NCBI GenBank assembly: GCA_964016885.1
Contig: OZ024758.1
Location: forward strand, 32,550,001-32,614,000
Reading direction: 5' to 3'
Length of the DNA stretch: 64,000 bases
Origin: Eledone cirrhosa
Lineage: Eukaryota
In this document: in pieces, positions 50,191 to 63,662 of the stretch
Numbering within the stretch: the first letter of the stretch is position 1
How the letters are laid out: each line of letters starts with the position of its first letter
Position numbers and translations under genes: made by a program
The notes under the pieces: generated by a model
What the model saw: the letters and a program-made list of their open reading frames with translations, nothing else
What the model was told of the DNA's origin: nothing
Databases searched by the model: none

Positions 50191-51450
50191 TATATGTGTG
50201 TGTGTGTGGGGGGGGGGAGGGGGGGTTAGAAATAGAAAAGAACTGTTAGTGTTGTTAAATTGACAATAAATATAAAGGAAATAGATAAAATTTCAATGGA
50301 AATTGGAAAAAAAAGGGGGAAATTAAAGAATAAACCAGTACGAAGACAATGGTTTCCACAGTTACCAAAAATGTTTTCCACATTCAAGAAACTGTCAGTA
50401 TGAACTAATGAGGGAGTCTTCATGTGGTTGCTTGATCTGCTAAAAATAGTAGCCAAATAAACCTTAAACAATACTCTGGTGCAGAGATGGGGAACCTGTG
50501 GACTTCTAAGCTATTCTGTGCATCCTTTTGAAAGAATCAAAAATTTCCAACCAACTTTTAATTTTGTCAATGTTTTTGTCTATCTCTTATTATTTTAATG
50601 TAAACCATACAATGAACGTATTTTAAATAGCAAAGAGTAAAAGAAAATTCAACAAAATAATCTACAGCCAGAATTTAAAAATTAGTAGATCATAAGGGTC
50701 ATTTCATCACTTTCTATGTTTTATTTCTAATGTGATTCTAGAACGTACATTAAATTCCCACCTGACTGGAGCCCCTATCACCTCAGGTTGGTGAGAAGCC
50801 GCAGGGATTTATTACACCAATGATTATCAAAATTTGATAATTATGTATGCGGATTTCCAATTGAAGTAGAATTTAAAAAAAGTTACACAACTTGACTGAA
50901 TATTATGGTTTCTTGAATGCAGCTTTTCAGCATGAAAAGGTTGCTGTAGTGTCTTAAAAGTTGCTGAGATTGCTGTAACAGTCTCAGTTCTAACACTTCA
51001 TGTTTTAGATTCATATTTGATAGTATTGGTATGGTATCTTACAGCTTTTGCCAACAAAGCGTTGAGCAAGAAATGGATAAATTAAGTAATTGAAGTGCAC
51101 CAAAAAAACTACCATTTTAGTAAGCAGCGCACAAACCAATCAATTTTAGGGAATGTTGATTGCAGTTTACAAATATAGATTTGAGATTTGTTAAATTAAC
51201 CTTCTGTTAAACATCTCTTATATAGCCAACCATAAATGCAGCATTGTTACAGCCTTTATATAAACAGCCTTTTAACAGCATTTCATCTTCTACAAGTTGT
51301 TCTAAAATTACAACCAAAAAGGTTGCTGTAGTGTCTGCAATAAAAAAACAATACTCACACTAAGACTATGTGTATACCTGTCATACATAAATGTATAGTA
51401 TATGGACCTATATATACATTTATTTTGAACTACACTCTTAGTGTTATGGC

Positions 51451-54400
51451 TTATTAATACAAGCCAGTGAAACTGGCACTGTATTAATACAAGCCCATCA
51501 AGCTTCCACTGTATTAATACAAGCCAGTCAAGCTTGCACTGTATTAATACAAGCCAGTCAAGCTTGCACTGTATTAATACAAGCCAGTGAAACTGGCACT
51601 GTATTAATACAAGCCAGTCAAGCTTGCACTGTATTAATACAAGCCCGTCAAACTGGCACTGTATTAATACAAGCCAGTCAAACTGGCACTGTATTAATAC
51701 AAGCCCATCAAGCTTGCACTGTATTAATACAAGCCAGTCAAGCTTGCACTGTATTAATACAAGCCAGTCAAGCTTGCACTGTATTAATACAAGCCAGTGA
51801 AACTGGCACTGTATTAATACAAGCCAGTCAAGCTTGCACTGTATTAATACAAGCCAGTCAAGCTTGCACTGTATTAATACAAGCCAGTCAAGCTTGCACT
51901 GTATTAATACAAGCCAGTGAAACTGGCACTGTATTAATACAAGCCAGTCAAGCTTGCACTGTATTAATACAAGCCCGTCAAACTGGCACTGTATTAATAC
52001 AAGCCAGTCAAACTGGCACTGTATTAATACAAGCCCATCAAGCTTGCACTGTATTAATACAAGCCAGTCAAGCTTGCACTGTATTAATACAAGCCAGTCA
52101 AGCTTGCACTGTATTAATACAAGCCAGTGAAACTGGCACTGTATTAATACAAGCCAGTCAAGCTTGCACTGTATTAATACAAGCCAGTCAAGCTTGCACT
52201 GTATTAATACAAGCCAGTCAAACTGGCACTGTATTAATACAAGTCAGTCAAGCTAGCACTGTATTAATACAAGCCAGTCAAGCTTGCACTGTATTAATAC
52301 AAGCCAGTCAAACTTGCACTGTATTAATACAAGCCCGTCAAACTTCCACTGTATTAATACAAGCCAGTCAAACTTGCACTGTATTAATACAAGCCAGTCA
52401 AACTTGCACTGTATTACTACAAGCCAGTCAAGTTTGCACTGTATTAATACAAGCCAGTCAAACTTGCACTGTATTAATACAAGCCCGTCAAACTTGCACT
52501 GTATTAATACAAGCCAGTCAAACTTGCACTGTATTAATATAAGCCAGTCAAGCTTCCACGGTATTAATACAAGCCAGTCAAGCTTGCACTGTATTAATAC
52601 AAGCCAGTCAAGCTTGCACTGTATTAATACAAGCCAGTCAAACTGGCACTGTATTACTACAAGCCAGTCAAGCTTGCACTGTATTAATACAAGCCAGTCA
52701 AACTTGCACTGTATTAATACAAGCCCGTCAAACTTCCACTGTATTAATACAAGCCAGTCAAACTTGCACTGTATTAATACAAGCCAGTCAAACTTGCACT
52801 GTATTAATATAAGCCAGTGAAACTGGCACTGTATTAATACAAGCCAGTCAAGCTTGCACTGTATTAATACAAGCCAGTCAAGCTTGCACTGTATTAATAC
52901 AAGCCAGTGAAACTGGCACTGTATTAATACAAGCCAGTCAAGCTTGCACTGTATTAATACAAGCCCGTCAAACTGGCACTGTATTAATACAAGCCAGTCA
53001 AACTGGCACTGTATTAATACAAGCCCATCAAGCTTGCACTGTATTAATACAAGCCAGTCAAGCTTGCACTGTATTAATACAAGCCAGTCAAGCTTGCACT
53101 GTATTAATACAAGCCAGTCAAACTTGCACTGTATTAATACAAGCCCGTCAAACTTGCACTGTATTAATACAAGCCCATCAAGCTTGCACTGTATTAATAC
53201 AAGACGTCAAGCTAGCACTGTATTACTACAAGCCAGTCAAGTTTGCACTGTATTCATACAAGCCAGTCAAGCTTCCACTGTATTAATACAAGCCCGTCAA
53301 ACTTGCACTGTATTAATACAAGACGTCAAGCTGGCACTGTATTACTACAAGCCAGTCAAGCTTCCACTGTATTAATACAAGCCAGTCAAACTTGCACTGT
53401 ATTAATACAAGCCAGTCAAACTTGCACTGTATTAATACAAGCCCGTCAAGCTAGCACTGTATTACTACAAGCCAGTCAAGTTTGCACTGTATTACTACAA
53501 GCCAGTCAAACTTGTACTGTATTAATACAAGCCAGTCAAGCTTCCACTGTATTACTACAAGCCAGTCAAGCTTCCACTGTATTAATACAAGCCAGTCAAA
53601 CTTGCACTCTATTAATACAAGCCCGTCAAACTTGCACTGTATTAATACAAGCCCGTCAAGCTAGCACTGTATTACTACAAGCCAGTCAAGTTTGCACTGT
53701 ATTACTACAAGCCAGTCAAGCTTCCACTGTATTAATACAAGCCAGTCAAACTTGCACTCTATTAATACAAGCCCGTCAAACTTGCACTGTATTACTACAA
53801 GCCAGTCAAGTTTGCACTGTATTACTACAAGCCAGTCAAGCTTCCACTGTATTAATACAAGCCCGTCAAGCTTCCACTGTATTAATACAAGCCAGTCAAA
53901 GTTGCACTGTATTAATACAAACCAGTCAAATTTGCACTGTATTAATACAAGCCCGTCAAACTAGCACTGTATTAATACAAGCCAGTCAAACTTGCACTGT
54001 ATTAATACAAGCCCGTCAAACTTGCACTGTATTAATACAAGCCCGTCAAACTTGCACTGTATTAATACAAGCCCGTCAAGCTTGCACTGTATTAATACAA
54101 GCCAGTCAAGTCAGCACTGTATTACTACAAGCCAGTCAAGTTTGCACTGTATTAATACAAGCCAGTCAAGTTTGCACTGTATTAATACAAGCCAGTCAAA
54201 CTTGCACTGTATTAATACAAGCCCGTCAAACTTGCACTGTATTAATACAAGCCAGTCAAGCTTCCACGGTATTAATACAAGCCAGTCAAGTTTGCACTGT
54301 ATTAATACAAGCCAGTCAAACTTGCACTGTATTAATACAAGCCAGTCAAACTTGCACTGTATTAATACAAGCCAGTCAAGTTTGCACTGTATTAATACAA

Positions 54401-54782
54401 GCCAGTCAAGTTTGCACTGTATTAATACAAGCCAGTCAAGCTTCCACGGTATTAATACAAGCCAGTCAAACTTGCACTGTATTAATACAAGCCAGTCAAA
54501 CTTCCACTGTATTAATACAAGCCCGTCAAACTTTCACTGTATTAATACAAGCCAGTCAAGCTTGCACTGTATTAATACAAACCAGTCAAACTTCCACTGT
54601 ATTAATACAAGCCAGTCAAGCTTGCACTGTATTAATACAAGCCAGGCAAGCTTGCACTGTATTAATACAAGCCAGTCAAACTTACACTGTATTAACACAA
54701 GCCCGTCAAGCTTGCACTGTATTAATACAAGCCCGTCAAGCTTGCACTGTATTAATACAAGCCCATCAAGCTTGCATTGTAT
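51451..54782 (+). repeat. 30-bp satellite (GTATTAATACAAGCCAGTCAAGCTTGCACT)n, ~111 copies
   Basis: Direct reading; two 1-bp deletions near 53204 and 53323; internal palindromes. Confidence 0.98.
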
Positions 54783-55021
54783 ATAACTAAGCTAGCAACA
54801 AAAATAACTTATTTACAAAATTTAATATAAGATATTGTCTTCTGCACCTCTGTATCCCATAGTAAGGTAGCATCTGCTGAAGATGATTAAAAATCATGAA
54901 ATAGATATACATTGCTCATACATGGATACTGAAGTAGATGTGATCATATCACAGCTTAAAATCTACACTATACAATTAGCTATTATACTTAATCATCATT
55001 AAGTATAATAACTGATTTATT

Positions 55022-56281
55022 TTTATCGCCCTGCACTTTTTTGTACAGCTGTCGTCTTTCATGCGCATCATGTGACCGTACCAACGTAGTCTTCTCTCGA
55101 GTAAAAAACATCTGATCCCTCTTATTCCTAATTTCTCCCTTAGTTCGTTTATGCTTTGCCGTTCACGTATATTTCTGTTACACATCCAGCGGAGCATGCA
55201 AGCTTCGTTCCTCTCCAGTCTGCGTATATGCTCTGCACACAATGCCCAAGTCTCACTGCCATGTAACATTGCTGTTCGTATGCAGGCATCATACAGCCTG
55301 CCTTTCATTTGTAGAGAGAACCCTTTAGCGGCCAATAGTGGTATAAGCTCTCTGAACTTTATCCATCCCGTTCTGACTCTAGCTACTGTACTTTCAGAGC
55401 ACTTTTGTCACCCAGGTAACGGAAGGTGTCCACTATTTCTATAGAACCATCTGTGCAATGGAATGAGCTAGTATTCTGTGGGCACTTGCTGCTACTTATT
55501 GTACCTGAGCACCGGCCACATATAAAATCTATATTCTTAGTTAGCTTACCTGCGATCCCACTACATCTTTTATGGACCCATACTTTGCATTTGGGACATA
55601 AAATGGGAGTTTCTGCCTACTCCTTTCCTACACACTGAGCATGGCCATTTCCCAGATGGGACCGGTGCCCTATTTTCCTTCCTACAAACTAGAACTTTAG
55701 TCTTAGACAAGTTAATTTTAAGGCCTTTTGATTCTAGGCCATGCTTCCATGTTTGGAATTTCTTCTCTAGTTCAGCCATTGATTCAGCTATGAGCGTTAG
55801 ATCATCTGCATATAGGAGTTCCCATGGGCAGCCGGTCTTGAACTCCTCTGTTATAGCCTGAAGGGCAATAATAAATAGGAGGGGCTAAGAACGGAGCCCT
55901 GATGAACACCAACTTTTATGCTAAACTCTTCACTATATTCGTTGTTAATTCTAACCTTGCTGACTGTTTCTTTATACATGTCTTGTATAGCTCTCACAAG
56001 CCATTCGTCAACACCTAGTTTTCTAAGAGCCCACCAGACAATGGAGCGGGGGACTCTGTCAAAGGCTTTCTCCAAGTCAACAAAAGCTAAGTATAGGGGT
56101 TTACTTTTAGCTAGGTACTTCTCCTGTAGTTGTCGTACAATGAAAAGAGCGTCTGTGGTACATTTACCTGACACAAACCCGAACTGCATTTCTTCTAGAT
56201 CAATTCGCTCTCTGATTAGTTGCGCTAAAACTCTTTCTGTGACCTTCATGACCTGGTTGATTAATTTAATGCCTCTATAGT
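55022..56281 (-). mobile_element. RTE LINE RT fragment (same family as 27120-28612)
   Basis: NYRGIKL, QFGF, FVDLEKAFDRVPR, GVHQGSVLSP, YADDL, KWPCSVCRKGVG, HGSETW, RRLRWYGH. Confidence 0.93.
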
Positions 56282-56816
56282 TAAACATATTGTATATGAG
56301 TTCATATGTACAGACACAATGAATAATATGATAGCATATGCATGCTGGAATGCATTTGGTCATAGATCTGCATCATCAGGCCTGACAATAATAATCCTGT
56401 CAGTATTTGAGCTAACCTTGTCAATACTACTTCAGCTACAATTAGTGACAATTCTACCTAACACAAATATTTCCAACTGAACCAGTTACTAAACATACAA
56501 TAATACTAGAAAACAAGTCCTAATAGTGTTAAAGCAGGAAATTAAAACTTTTATATCATTGCTTGTTCTCACTAAATGTTTTTAAAATGACACAAACATC
56601 TAGAAAGTTAGAGTATAGACTAATGAGGATAGTGTAAGGAATGGTAAAACATTAAGACAATAGAGCCAAGAATTCTGTTAATACTCATAAAAAAATGGTC
56701 TTGTTACCACCTGGAACAAAACAAGTAACAAAATAAATACACATTTTTGAAAGGCAAGCAATATCTAATCCTTTCATGGTAGCATTTCTAATGAAATACA
56801 TTTTATTTCAATTAAC

Positions 56817-57044
56817 TAACCCTTTAAAATTTAAACCAACCATATCCGGCCAGAATTCTCTCACCTCTTTCTGTTCAAACCAGCCATAACTGGCTGCTCA
56901 TACTGATGTTAAATTATTGTTCTTAAAATAAATAACATCAAAATCTCATAGATTCGATATTATGTGAGATAATTATGTGAAATAAAGTGTTTACCATGAA
57001 AATACAATAGTAAATATAGAGTAATGTAAATGATAAAGGGTTAA
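56817..57044 (+). mobile_element. piggyBac-type MITE
   Basis: CCCTTTA...TAAAGGG-TTAA termini; homologous to 33615-33803. Confidence 0.7.
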
Positions 57045-58900
57045 TGAGTATTTTGAAGGATTTACTAAAATTATCAATTATTTCATTACTGAGATAGTAA
57101 GTTAGTGTAAGGTTCTTATATAAAATTATGTTGGAAGATTCTAATTGGAAACCTTTAATATAGGTGGCTTTGTTTCGAAGAAGCAGAGCTGGTTTTGGTT
57201 GGGCTGGTAAGTAAAGGGTTAAAAAGACAGAAACCTTAATTATTTAATTATATATATAGCTTTAGTTACCACTACCAAGTCTTCAACATTGCACGATGAC
57301 AGGATTTTGGATTTCTAAAACCAAAGCAGTACTATTAAAACACCAAGTGAGGACTTAAATATAATGTATTCATACTTCAATGATATAGCCAATGTGGGGT
57401 TGCTTGACTTGGGGTCACCCCTGCTTCCAGGCATCTATTGTCACTAATGACTGGTCATTTATTTGACTGTGAGAAGATAAAAGCAAAGTTGACCTTGACA
57501 GGATTTGAACATAAAGTGCAGAGAGCTCCATCAAATATAGCAAGGCATTTTATTGGACAATTTAATGACTGTCAATTTGCTGTCTTACATAGTATAATTT
57601 CTAAGCAATTATGAGAAAAAAAAATTTCTATGGCTGTAGAACACAAAATAAAATCTCTAATTTTCATGGCCTTGCACTAAACTTGTTTCTTGATCAAATT
57701 AAAATTGCTAATGATATTTTTAGCAATTTTTAAAAGAGATTCATAAAGGAAAATAAAATGAAGTCCTTTCAAAAGGCACAAGGACAAATCTCTTTATAGA
57801 AATCTTCCCATACTACCTGAGAAAGAGTATGGGAATAGTACATATGAATAATATTTCTTTAACATCAACCAGTTGACTCTTATAGTACTACACATGAATA
57901 AAATACTAAATGAATTTTAAGGCCTAACAAAAGAAGCAGGAATGCTTAGGTTGGTGATAGGGGAAGTTATCTATTCAAAGCATTTTCTTAATTAATCAGG
58001 TATTTTTATCGAATGCTATTTTGAGTCTCCAGTTGAAAAGATCAATGCATTGAATAATACTGATACATCTTGTGGTGAAAGTAAGGTAATGAAAATTATT
58101 TCATTCTTTTCTTATGGGAATTGGACAAGTTCCAACCATGAATACAATAAAAGTGATTTTTCTAAAAATAAACAGCCAGGAAAAGGGAATATTAATTTTA
58201 GCTATAGAGCAAGATATAATATACAAGATAAAATATCCCTACTATAAATATATGCTTGTGTATTGAGTGTATGTGAACATTACTCTCTGTAAGAAATAAA
58301 TAAATTCTGGTTTACAATCGAAGAGTGAGTAAACAAAAACAAAATGCAAAGACTAAGACTTGCAACAGCTGGACATAAACTGATATCAAATCAAATACCA
58401 TAAAGTAACATAAAAGAAATTTGGGGAGGAAATCTCGTACTATTATATGTATGCGGTGGTTTGGCAGTATCGGTAGAGGATCGGAAACCATACTTTGACG
58501 CATAGAGTTACGGCCCTTGCCATTCTGAGTTCAAATCCCGCCGAGGTTAACTTTGCTTTCATCCTTACGGGGTTGATAAAATAAAGTACCAGTAATGTAC
58601 TGGGTATTTGCTGGCCTTGTGCCAAAAGTAGAAACAATTATATGTATGTTTATCAATCATTAAACCAGTAAAGTGCCTGGACATTTTCACTTCTTTAACA
58701 TCAGCTTTCAATCTAAAAATGACTGATTTAACCTAGCAGACTTTATACAAACATCATGTGATATTGTTTTCAACAGGAGTGGTCTCTCTCTTTCACTCAC
58801 ATACACACAGAGATACATACACACAAACACACACATACACAAATGCACATGCATATACACAGACACATACACAAATGCACATGCATATACAGACACATAC

Positions 58901-58938
<38 letters not shown>

Positions 58939-59759
58939 CTGGACTGGATTAGATTAGCATTCATTTGTATCAACAGACAATAGTACCACTATGAATGTAA
59001 TTTTTGTTACATTCTTTTATTTCCTCTTCAATGTTTTTTTATTGAAACTGGAGAGATGTCTCTAGAGTAATCTCAGATTGATTCCAAACAATAAAAACAG
59101 GAGACCGTTGTTGGCTCTGGCAGTTAGGTTTGAAATACTTAACATTTGGACCTAGCTTTTTTTGAGATGCTCGAGGAAAAATAGTAAAGATTGACCTCAC
59201 AACATACTTTGGGCTTTATTCTGGAATTCATGTTAGGCTTTCTTCCTGTAGACTTTATTTAAATAAAAATCTCACTGTTTACCAAGATGGGAAAGTGCAA
59301 TATATAGATTAATGTAGAAGAGCTATGTACTGAGAAGATAAACCTATATACAGTTGCCACTCTGTATTTGTTCCTAGGTCACCCGTGAAGAGTGAAAAAC
59401 CACATTATTGGGCGTGGTCCATAAAAATGCCTATTAATCATTCTCCTCATCAGTACTTCACAAACATGCTAAAATAGAACATAAGGGCACACAGAGGCAA
59501 TAGACATAAATGAATTCCAACCAAAATTAAATAGAAAACATGAATGGAATAGTAACATCACAACTTACAATTAAGGACAAAAATAAAAACACACACACAT
59601 AGAACAAACAACCAACTATTAACATGTAAATAAACAAATTAAAACACACACAGACACCTGGATGTAAAACATGCGCAAACTAAGCACACAACGCACACAA
59701 AAACAAGATGGCGTAGGACAGAACAAAGGAGGGGCACAAAATAAAGAAAAGAATCCCCG

Positions 59760-59802
59760 GTCACTGATGAGGTCACAGAATGTGTGACGAAAGAACTTTG
59801 AC
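59760..59802 (+). ncRNA. Minimal hammerhead ribozyme
   Basis: GTCA-CTGATGA-G-GTCACA GAATG TGTGAC-GAAA-GAAC-TT-TGAC. Confidence 0.75.
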
Positions 59803-59954
59803 AATATATGAACAACCATCCGGTTGTGGAACCAACCAACCGGAAATTTATAATTTTTTTTAATTTATAATTTAAATTATAATAAATTGGAGTGAAAGCA
59901 ACTGATGCGTGTGTTTCTTATTGGCAACATGACCCTCCCAAAGTATAACAATAT

Positions 59955-60826
59955 ATATATATATATAAAACTGAGGATGTCTGTCTGTGTGTGTGTGAGT
60001 TTGAATCCCTAAAACTCGAGAAGCACCCAACCAACTGTTTTCAAACTTTACACATGTAATACTTATGTTTCAGGGAGTGTTCTGGGCCAAAAAAAATTTC
60101 AAATGTTCAATGCCCTAGGGACCGCATTAGGCGATTTAGCGATCTCTCTCTATAATTCTTAGTCTTTCTCTTTTTAGATAGATACATACATATAACGTCA
60201 TGCTCTTATAATATCTGTCTCTATGTCTGGCTGGCTGCATTACGTCACTGCCCTGAGGATGTATGTGTGTGTGTGTCTGTGAGTTTGAATCCCTAAAACT
60301 CGAGAAGTACCCAACCGATTTTTTTCAAACTTTACATGTGTATTACTTATGTTTCAGGGAGTGTTATGCACATAAAAACATTCAACTTTTTGATCGCCTA
60401 GGGCCCGCATTAGATGAAAAACTGCGTTTTTTAAGCTTTTTAGGTTTTCCGATTTCTCTTCATACCGTGAGCAAAGAAAATCCAACTTTTTTATGGCCTA
60501 GAGCCCGCATTAGGTGAAAAACTTCATTTTTCAGCTTTTTAGGGCTTTTTGGAGGCGTTACATCTAGCCGATTTTCCCGAAATTTCAAGGCATATTATGC
60601 ACATAAAAAATATTCATTTTCTTTTATTCCCTAGGGCCCGCATTAGGTGAAAACCTGCATTTTTCCTGCTTCATCGAGCAAAATCTTAAAGATTATCCAG
60701 CCATCAGAGTATTCAGTTTATTTTCTTTACACATTGTCCAGGCATGCAGTTTTTCCACGATTAGGTCTGTTGGCGGCCCGCATTCCAAAATACCTTATCC
60801 TGTGCAACACCGGGTACCACTGCTAG
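59955..60826 (+). mobile_element. Non-autonomous Helitron (same family as 8476-9380)
   Basis: High similarity throughout; ends CCTGTGCAACACCGGGTACCACTGCTAG. Confidence 0.88.
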
Positions 60827-60884
60827 TATATATATACACACACACACATTAAATTTCTACTGTTGTAAATCACTACAAAAAATA

Positions 60885-61075
60885 TATATATATACTTGAA
60901 TATAAGCTGACCCTTCCTCTCTTTTTTGTCTGAGAAATAGGTGAAAATCCAAACTCCATTTATAAACTGAGGTAGCTAATCAACACAAAGTTTAGATGGC
61001 ATACATAAGCCAACCTCAGATTTTACCATCGAATTTTGGTCACATATTCTTCAGCTTACGTTCAAATATATACAG
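60885..61075. mobile_element. Probable Tc1/pogo-type MITE
   Basis: Imperfect TIR TATATACTTGAATATAAGCTGA / TCAGCTTACGTTCAAATATATA. Confidence 0.5.
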
Positions 61076-61838
61076 TAAGTTTTAATCCTCTATGACAATG
61101 GTCCTTCATTATTTTTAACAACATAACATACATCACTGTGGGAGAATTAGGACCTCACTGATTTGTGAAAGATATAATATAGAACTTTTATAAATTTGGT
61201 AAATATTTTTTGTTTAACCTAATTTGCACAAACCTAATTTAAACAATTTCTTTATTTTTTCAAAATTAGAATGAGTTAAAAGTTAGCTGTAAGCTATATT
61301 TGTGTACAAATCAGAGATTTGTAAAATAAAATTGTCTCATATTTGATGGACAGATTTAAGTTTGGCAGGCAAAAGATGTTCTTGCAATATCACTGAAAGA
61401 TATTTACACCTTTATTCAAGCACACACACATATATAAAGACACTTACACACAAATTCTTGCGCACAGAAAAATATTGCATACATACATACACACACACAT
61501 ACGCGTACACAGTAATCTGTTTGTTTTCTTTTTTTTATATAGAAATCCGTGCAATGCAAGTGGGTTATATTGCCACGGTAATAATAATCAGAAGGGAATT
61601 GAGAGAGAAAGTGGCTTTCTATACATACAAATGGACTTTTCAGTTTGATACTCCACAATGCTTCAAGCAAACTATCACACCTTAATACATAATAATATTA
61701 AAATCCTTTCATAACACCTTAAATTATTACACTGCAACAGTAAATTTCTAGTTAACATTGGAACACAACAGTAAATTTCTAGTTAACATTGGAACACAAA
61801 GAAATACATAAAATAAAGACAGTATTGAGAATACTTAC

Positions 61839-61880
61839 AGCTTCCTTGTTTGTTACCTTGCCTGGGCGTTTCTTTGGCAT
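61839..61880 (-). CDS. Candidate first coding exon of an unidentified host gene (MPKKRPGKVTNKEA)
   Basis: Acceptor TTACTTATTTGCAG| at 61904, in-frame upstream TAA, ACCACTATG start, donor |GTAAGT at 61838; no convincing downstream coding exon found. Confidence 0.4.
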
Positions 61881-63445
61881 AGTGGTAAAATTTATTTATG
61901 TTACCTGCAAATAAGTAAACAAACTAATATTAGGAGTATATAAATCTTACAAAATTTAACAATTTATAAAGCAAAGGTGATTAATAAAATATATAAAAGA
62001 GAAAGTCATATTTTGTTACCTCATATCCTAATATAACCCGGGTTGACCAATACCTTGTGTGTGGGATTAGGTAAATGAAAAATGTTCAGAAATCCATTGA
62101 ATGTGTGTGTGTTTGCATGTATCTTATTTTCCTTGCTTATAAAAAGGAAAATGGTATAATGCATTTGGGGTTGAGATGTGCATGGGTTGAGGCATACATC
62201 TTCCCCTCCCCCTTCCATACACCTCCACATCTCCCCCTCTTGTACCCCCCATGTTCTAACACTCCACCCATGCCCAAACACTCCATAACCTCACGCATGC
62301 CCCCACATCTCTTCGCAGCCCACACTGTAAATGGGTAAGGGCATTCAGCTGTAGAAACCAAGCCAAAACCAGTTCTGTATGGTCATCGGACCTGGCTTGT
62401 CTCATAATGGGGAAACTCATCTAACCCATGCTAGTGTGGTAAATGGTCATTAAACTGTGATGATGATGATACCCTCAGGTTGATTAATGCTCTGTGAGTG
62501 GATTAAAGTAGATGAAAAATGTTCAGAAATTCACTAAATGTGTGTATGTGTGTGAGTGTATTTGCAGGTATTCGTGTTTGTATTTACAACTATATTGCAT
62601 AACAGCTGACTTGTTTATGTTTCTGCAACCTTGTGATTTGACAAATTCATATCAATAACATAAGCAGCAGACTCAGAAATAAGTAGTGAAGTTGATATAA
62701 TCAATTAAACCCTTGAAGAAAGTGCCCTAGCATGGCTACAGTCCAATCCATGAGCTCAGCTGGTCTTGTGTGGCATTCCAGCCAGATCAATTGGAGATGG
62801 TCACTGCTGATAGGACATGCTGAGGATTCTGCCTCCTCAATCCTCTCAGGAATAATAGTAATAAGATGATGATGATGATATGAATTCTCTAAATAACTAA
62901 AATGTTTGAAGTGACACAAAAGAAATTTAGACAAGATAAAAAGACAAAGAAGGTTAAGAGATGAATATGAGTTTGTTGATAAAGAATCTCTCCAGAGACA
63001 ACTGCTATCAAGTTATCACAGTAGACATAAAACAGTTAAATGAACAATAACAGGTTTGAAACCCAGGGCTATCAATTCCTGGGTTACAATTATTTTAAGT
63101 CAGTTACTAATTAACTGTTTAATTTTAAAATAGTAATCAGCGTGTTGATGAATCAAATATCTGGTGCAGAAATCGGTAATTAAATGAATATTGGTGACTT
63201 TTTAACCAAGAAGTTTAATGAGTTTTTACAGTGCTCTCATTTAATGGGATGAAATAGTTAAAACATACAACAGCAGTTTATATATTGGAATAATGAAGGT
63301 TAAATACAAATTTGATTTAAATTTGTATTATTTATCTAGAGGGCAGTGGATTGGAAGTATCAGTAGAGCATCGAGGAACATGCTTTGTGGCATATAGTTA
63401 GGGCCCTTTATGTCCTGATGAAATATTTAAAACATACAACATATG

Positions 63446-63662
63446 GCAGTACTCCCAATATATTGCCTTCTAGATAAATAATTGTTTCTACTTTTGGCAC
63501 AAGGCCAGCAATTATCCCAGTGCATTACTGGTGCTTTATTTTATTGATGTCCTTACGGGGTCGATAAAATAAAGTACCAGTAATGCATTGAGATAATTGC
63601 TGGCCTTGTGCCAAAAGTGGAAACAATTATTTATCTACAAGGCAATATATTGGGAGTACTGC
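63446..63662. repeat. ~105-bp-arm inverted repeat formed by SINE fold-back
   Basis: GCAGTACTCCCAATATATTGCCTT...AAGGCAATATATTGGGAGTACTGC, centred ~63553. Confidence 0.9.

Noticed and set aside
51451-54782. CRISPR-like array
   Set aside because: No unique spacers (monomers are contiguous), no cas genes, eukaryotic context. The same applies to the 26- and 71-bp arrays.
52284-54790. 515-aa (TVLIQASQTC)n and (HCINTSQSNL)n ORFs
   Set aside because: Open only because the 30-bp unit usually lacks stops; TGA/TAG variants and two 1-bp deletions break frames; no signal peptide or exon boundaries.
54872-54915. Hammerhead-like CTGAAGA-TGAT..ATCAT-GAAA
   Set aside because: Stems I and III cannot be paired convincingly; at best a decayed copy.
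58698-58760. C/D box snoRNA on the minus strand (ATGATGT...CTGA)
   Set aside because: Imperfect C box, short length, and no recognisable rRNA antisense element.
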